Shown one piece after another: positions 60,506-64,000 of a DNA stretch of 64,000 nt. Position numbers and translations under genes: made by a program. How positions within the stretch are numbered: position 1 is the first letter of the stretch; the number at the start of each line of letters is the position of its first letter. The notes beneath the pieces were generated by a model. It had not been told where the DNA came from and did not search any database. It saw only the letters and a list, made by a program, of their open reading frames with translations. Origin of the DNA: an uncultured virus (IMG/VR IMGVR_UViG_3300020049_001346) (Duplodnaviria; Heunggongvirae; Uroviricota; Caudoviricetes); IMG/VR virus record IMGVR_UViG_3300020049_001346, one strand, 5' to 3'.

Positions 60506-60883
60506 GTGAGACAGCTAGTGTACAACTCAGTTACGTGCCTCAGCTGTAAGGAGGTGCTTGTGTCACACCACAGGCACGACTACAAGACGTGCGGCTGCGA
60601 CAACCAGACGATGGTTGACGGAGGAACAGCGTACTCAAGGTACGGTGGTTTAGACCTAAAGAAGGTGAAACCATTCTTTGTTCACGACGACGATCCATAC
60701 GAGGAGGTACGAGAGTACGCCGAGAGGGGTGGACGCGGTAAGGACGGGACAGAGCCACTTACATGGGTGAAGTTGAAGGACATGGACGAGGACTGGCTGT
60801 ATGCCATACTTGACTACGGAGGCCCAGAGTGGCACATAAATTTAATCAAAAAAGAAATAGACTACAGGAATGATAATAACTGA
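60506..60883 (+). CDS. Zn-binding hypothetical protein
   Basis: CLSC..S.HRHDY.TCGC..VDGG. Confidence 0.65.
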   Translation: MRQLVYNSVTCLSCKEVLVSHHRHDYKTCGCDNQTMVDGGTAYSRYGGLDLKKVKPFFVHDDDPYEEVREYAERGGRGKDGTEPLTWVKLKDMDEDWLYAILDYGGPEWHINLIKKEIDYRNDNN

Positions 60884-60958
60884 TAAATGTCCTAATCGTC
60901 ACCTTACAGAAGGATTCATAAGATGTGATGCGAAACACAAAAAAGTAACAATACTATT

Positions 60959-61452
60959 ATGAAAATAGATAAATTAATAGAATTATTAGATGTTGAAGAA
61001 GCTATTATAATAGTCAACAAGAAAACTATAGATTCATTTTTTGACAATACAGAAGGTATAAGTGGTGGATCTGCTACTTTTGATATGCCAATACACATGG
61101 GTGCAAGAGGAATATATAGAAATGGGGTAAACATATATTTTATAGATCAAGAAGATTTAGAAGATATAAAATTTAAAAAATTATGATAACAACAACGACG
61201 ACTAAGGACATAGTGGTGAACGGCCACAAGATAATCAACCCAACCGTCGACACGGTGGTAAGGGCAGTTAGAAAGGATCTGTTAGACAGATCAAACCTTG
61301 GAATAAACAAGTACAACAACACGTTAGACAGGACAGACATAGACCTGAAGGGCTGGCTACAGCATGCGTACGAGGAGTGCCTAGACCAGGCCAACTATCT
61401 AAAGAGAAGTATAATCGAAATAGAGAGAAATGAAAGAGCACAAGATAAGTAA
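60959..61452 (+). CDS. Two hypothetical proteins; 61183-61452 has a MazG/dUTPase-like helical motif
   Basis: RS..G..KY..TL.R.D..WLQHAYEECLD.ANYL in the second ORF. Confidence 0.55.
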
Positions 61453-61550
61453 GAAGCAGAGGATACTCATAGTGATGAAGTACCTGTACTCACGAGGAGC
61501 CAACAAGGAGTCTGTCAACGAGGTATACAGAAAGATAATCTGCAAGGCTA

Positions 61551-62102
61551 ATGATTAGTGTAGTAGACAACTTCCTTCCAGAGGATGAGTTCAAGTCGTT
61601 GCAGGAGTACTGCGACAACAACCTGTTTGAGATAGTTAACTTTTCAGGCAAGTCGTTCTCAGTCCTGACTCCACCAAGTAGCATATACAACTACCTGCAC
61701 ATGGACGGTTACGAGATGGTATTGTCATTTGTCAGGAGCGCATACAAGGGGTTCGACACGAGCCTATGGATACACGCTGACGACATAGTGCAGGGAAAGA
61801 AGATAGACATAGCCTCTGTGCTGTATATCAACGACGATGAGGATGTGACCGAGAACGGAACAGCGTTCTGGAAGCACTACGTGTACGGAAGAACCTTACC
61901 AAAGGACTGCACGAACTCAGACTTTGATAAGATACTACTTGAGGATGCCGATAACAGATCCAGTTGGTTAAAGAAGGACTACATATCGTCAAGGCCGAAC
62001 AGGATGCTGACTTATGATGCAGATTACTTCCACTCAAAGTATCCAGAGGAGATCACTGAGGGAATAAGAAAAGTTTTAGTAACATTTTACACAAAGATAT
62101 AA
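61551..62102 (+). CDS. 2OG-Fe(II) oxygenase superfamily protein
   Basis: VVDNFL, IHAD (HxD), VLYIN, GTAFW, PNRML, FHS and distal R..V.F. Confidence 0.8.
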   Translation: MISVVDNFLPEDEFKSLQEYCDNNLFEIVNFSGKSFSVLTPPSSIYNYLHMDGYEMVLSFVRSAYKGFDTSLWIHADDIVQGKKIDIASVLYINDDEDVTENGTAFWKHYVYGRTLPKDCTNSDFDKILLEDADNRSSWLKKDYISSRPNRMLTYDADYFHSKYPEEITEGIRKVLVTFYTKI

Positions 62103-63667
62103 TGGGAAAGTATTCAGAAGAATTTAAAGCGTACATAGGGCTAGCACTAGCTATGGGTCACAACATTACACACGCCACAAAGATGGCGTGCATTGAGTTC
62201 GGTATCCCTTACGAGGATCAGGTTCGCAGGACAATGTCTAAGCACCTAGAGAGAACTGGAGTAACCGATAATAAAGAACTTCCAGAGTCGGACATGTTCC
62301 TAGAGGCCCAGAAGAGGGAGCTCGACAAGACCAAGCAGAGGTTCATAGTATCATGGTGCCAGTCTGACACAGAGATACACGAGCAGTTCCTTACAAACAT
62401 AGAGGCGTACGCCAACGAGATAGATGCAGAGATATCCATCATAGCTGGTAGGTACAAGAACCCTACGTCACTGAACTCAAGCAAGAGGGTAAAGGAGAAG
62501 GAGGAGAGAAACTCGTGGTCGCCAAGGGTAGAGAGGTACCTAGACGCAAACAGGCACAAGGTACACAAGCACCTGTGTATCCTATCAGACCTTAAAATTC
62601 AGCCGACAGCATCAACTCCCCTTTCTGGGATTAACGGCCTCACAGGGCTTGAAAGTTGCGTCGTTGGACACCCTAGGGTACACCTTAAGTCCCTGCCAAT
62701 ACTTGACGGTTATCCTCACAAGCTGTTGGTTACTACAGGAGCCATATCGCTACAGAACTACACAGACACCAAGTCTGGTAAGAAGGGTGAGTTCCACCAC
62801 ACGCTAGGTTTTGTTATCATAGAGTTGGACGAGGATGACTTCCACATAAGACAGGTTACAGCTGACGAGGACGGGTCTTTCTATGACCTGCACTACAATG
62901 TAATAGCTGGATCCATACGTGAGACAAGCAAGACCGTTATGGTGTTTGGTGACCTCCACCTTGGTGAGACAAACGACGATGTTCTTGATGTCTCGTTCAG
63001 GATGGCTGAGGACCTGAACTGTGAGGATATAGTACTACACGACGTGTTCAACGGGCACTCCATATCACACCACGAGCGTAACCAACCGTTCCAGGTTATG
63101 GCCAGGGAGGAGGACGGATCTGGTGACCTTATGCTGGAGCTAAACAACATGGCCGCGTTCTTTGACAGGTACTCAGACTTTAACTTTGTGATGGTCAGGA
63201 GCAACCACGACGAGTTCTTGGACAGGTGGCTAAACGACGTGGACTGGCGAAAGAGTACCAACAAGAGTACCTACCTAGAGCTTGCACATGTGCTTAAGAA
63301 TGACACCATTGGCAAGGGGATTATCCCTGCTATACTGAATAAGTTCGGTGTAATAAACGTGAACTGCCTAGGTATAAACGATAGCTTCAGGGTTGCTAAC
63401 ATAGAGTGTGGCGTACACGGACACATAGGAGCCAACGGCAGTCGTGGTGGTGTCATTCAGTTCAAGAACTTGAACACCAAGAACATAACTGGTCACACTC
63501 ATAGTCCTTGTCGTGAGGACGGCCACTCGTCTGTTGGAACCTTGACCCACCTAAGGGTTGGCTACAACAAGGGTGCATCTAGCTGGATGAATACTAATGT
63601 GGTGATCTACCCTAACGGAAAGTCACAGCACGTACACATCATTAATAATAAATATACCACGTTATGA
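62102..63667 (+). CDS. T5 A1-like calcineurin-type metallophosphoesterase/nuclease
   Basis: GDLH, HD, SNHD, HGH.GANGSRG and GHTHS motifs; TTGA..NY..K.G.K.EFHH. Confidence 0.7.
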   Translation: MGKYSEEFKAYIGLALAMGHNITHATKMACIEFGIPYEDQVRRTMSKHLERTGVTDNKELPESDMFLEAQKRELDKTKQRFIVSWCQSDTEIHEQFLTNIEAYANEIDAEISIIAGRYKNPTSLNSSKRVKEKEERNSWSPRVERYLDANRHKVHKHLCILSDLKIQPTASTPLSGINGLTGLESCVVGHPRVHLKSLPILDGYPHKLLVTTGAISLQNYTDTKSGKKGEFHHTLGFVIIELDEDDFHIRQVTADEDGSFYDLHYNVIAGSIRETSKTVMVFGDLHLGETNDDVLDVSFRMAEDLNCEDIVLHDVFNGHSISHHERNQPFQVMAREEDGSGDLMLELNNMAAFFDRYSDFNFVMVRSNHDEFLDRWLNDVDWRKSTNKSTYLELAHVLKNDTIGKGIIPAILNKFGVINVNCLGINDSFRVANIECGVHGHIGANGSRGGVIQFKNLNTKNITGHTHSPCREDGHSSVGTLTHLRVGYNKGASSWMNTNVVIYPNGKSQHVHIINNKYTTL

Positions 63668-63882
63668 TACTATCAGTAATAGTTTTTTACATAATACCTG
63701 CAATACTATCCGTATTCATGATTCTTAATAAACAAAATCAAGCTACAATAGGAGATTTAATAATTATAATTTTAGTTTCTCTTTTACCAATAGTTAATTT
63801 GTTTAGTGGATATGTAGGTGGATTGATAACCCTATGTAATTCAAAAAAAGTAAATAACTTTTTAAACAAAAGAATAAAATGA
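63664..63882 (+). CDS. Small membrane protein
   Basis: Two hydrophobic segments; AT-rich. Confidence 0.55.
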   Translation: MILSVIVFYIIPAILSVFMILNKQNQATIGDLIIIILVSLLPIVNLFSGYVGGLITLCNSKKVNNFLNKRIK

Positions 63883-64000
63883 AGTACCTACTAGTTCTAA
63901 TGGCATACGAGTTTATAAGGTCGAAGATGATTTGGCTTTGGTATTATTTAATCAAAAAAAGGACAAGGAGAATGAGAAATATATTTTTATTTATTTGTAA

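Noticed and set aside
326..63882. Stop-codon reassignment as in some crAss-like phages
   Set aside because: Long genes are intact in the standard code, and TAA, TAG and TGA all end genes at sensible boundaries
1..64000. Prophage boundaries or integrase
   Set aside because: No integrase, att-like repeat or flanking host housekeeping synteny; groEL/groES sit in phage context

Overview
This window is most of the genome of a dsDNA, probably lytic podovirus-type phage of a Bacteroidota (Flavobacterium-like) host. The host call rests on repeated TAnnTTTG -7 promoter boxes, SD-less A-rich leaders and a Flavobacterium-type ferredoxin. About 326-45834 is a minus-strand late arm: a giant polyvalent ejection protein, internal virion proteins, a split tail stabilisation protein, ring proteins, capsid, scaffold, portal, terminase, a DUF285/BspA repeat protein, tail fibres, a lysis cassette, small basic proteins and GroEL/GroES. 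About 46950-64000, plus 33-308, is a plus-strand early/replication arm: small ORFs, ferredoxin, HNH genes, SSAP, exonuclease, SSB, primase-helicase, SF2 helicase, VRR-NUC, a 2OG-Fe(II) oxygenase and a T5 A1-like phosphoesterase. The divergent junction (about 45850-46950) holds inward-facing phased AATGTA repeats around an AT-rich core (candidate origin). The main find is three complete hammerhead ribozymes (one type III, two type I) punctuating the start of the early transcript; two of them release an almost identical leader just upstream of a start codon. Two aberrant tRNA-like RNAs, two pseudoknot/kissing-loop RNA candidates and an Acb2/Tad1-like sponge candidate were also seen. No DNA polymerase, RNA polymerase, integrase, RT or CRISPR array was recognised. 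All protein family calls are from motif recognition, not database searches.
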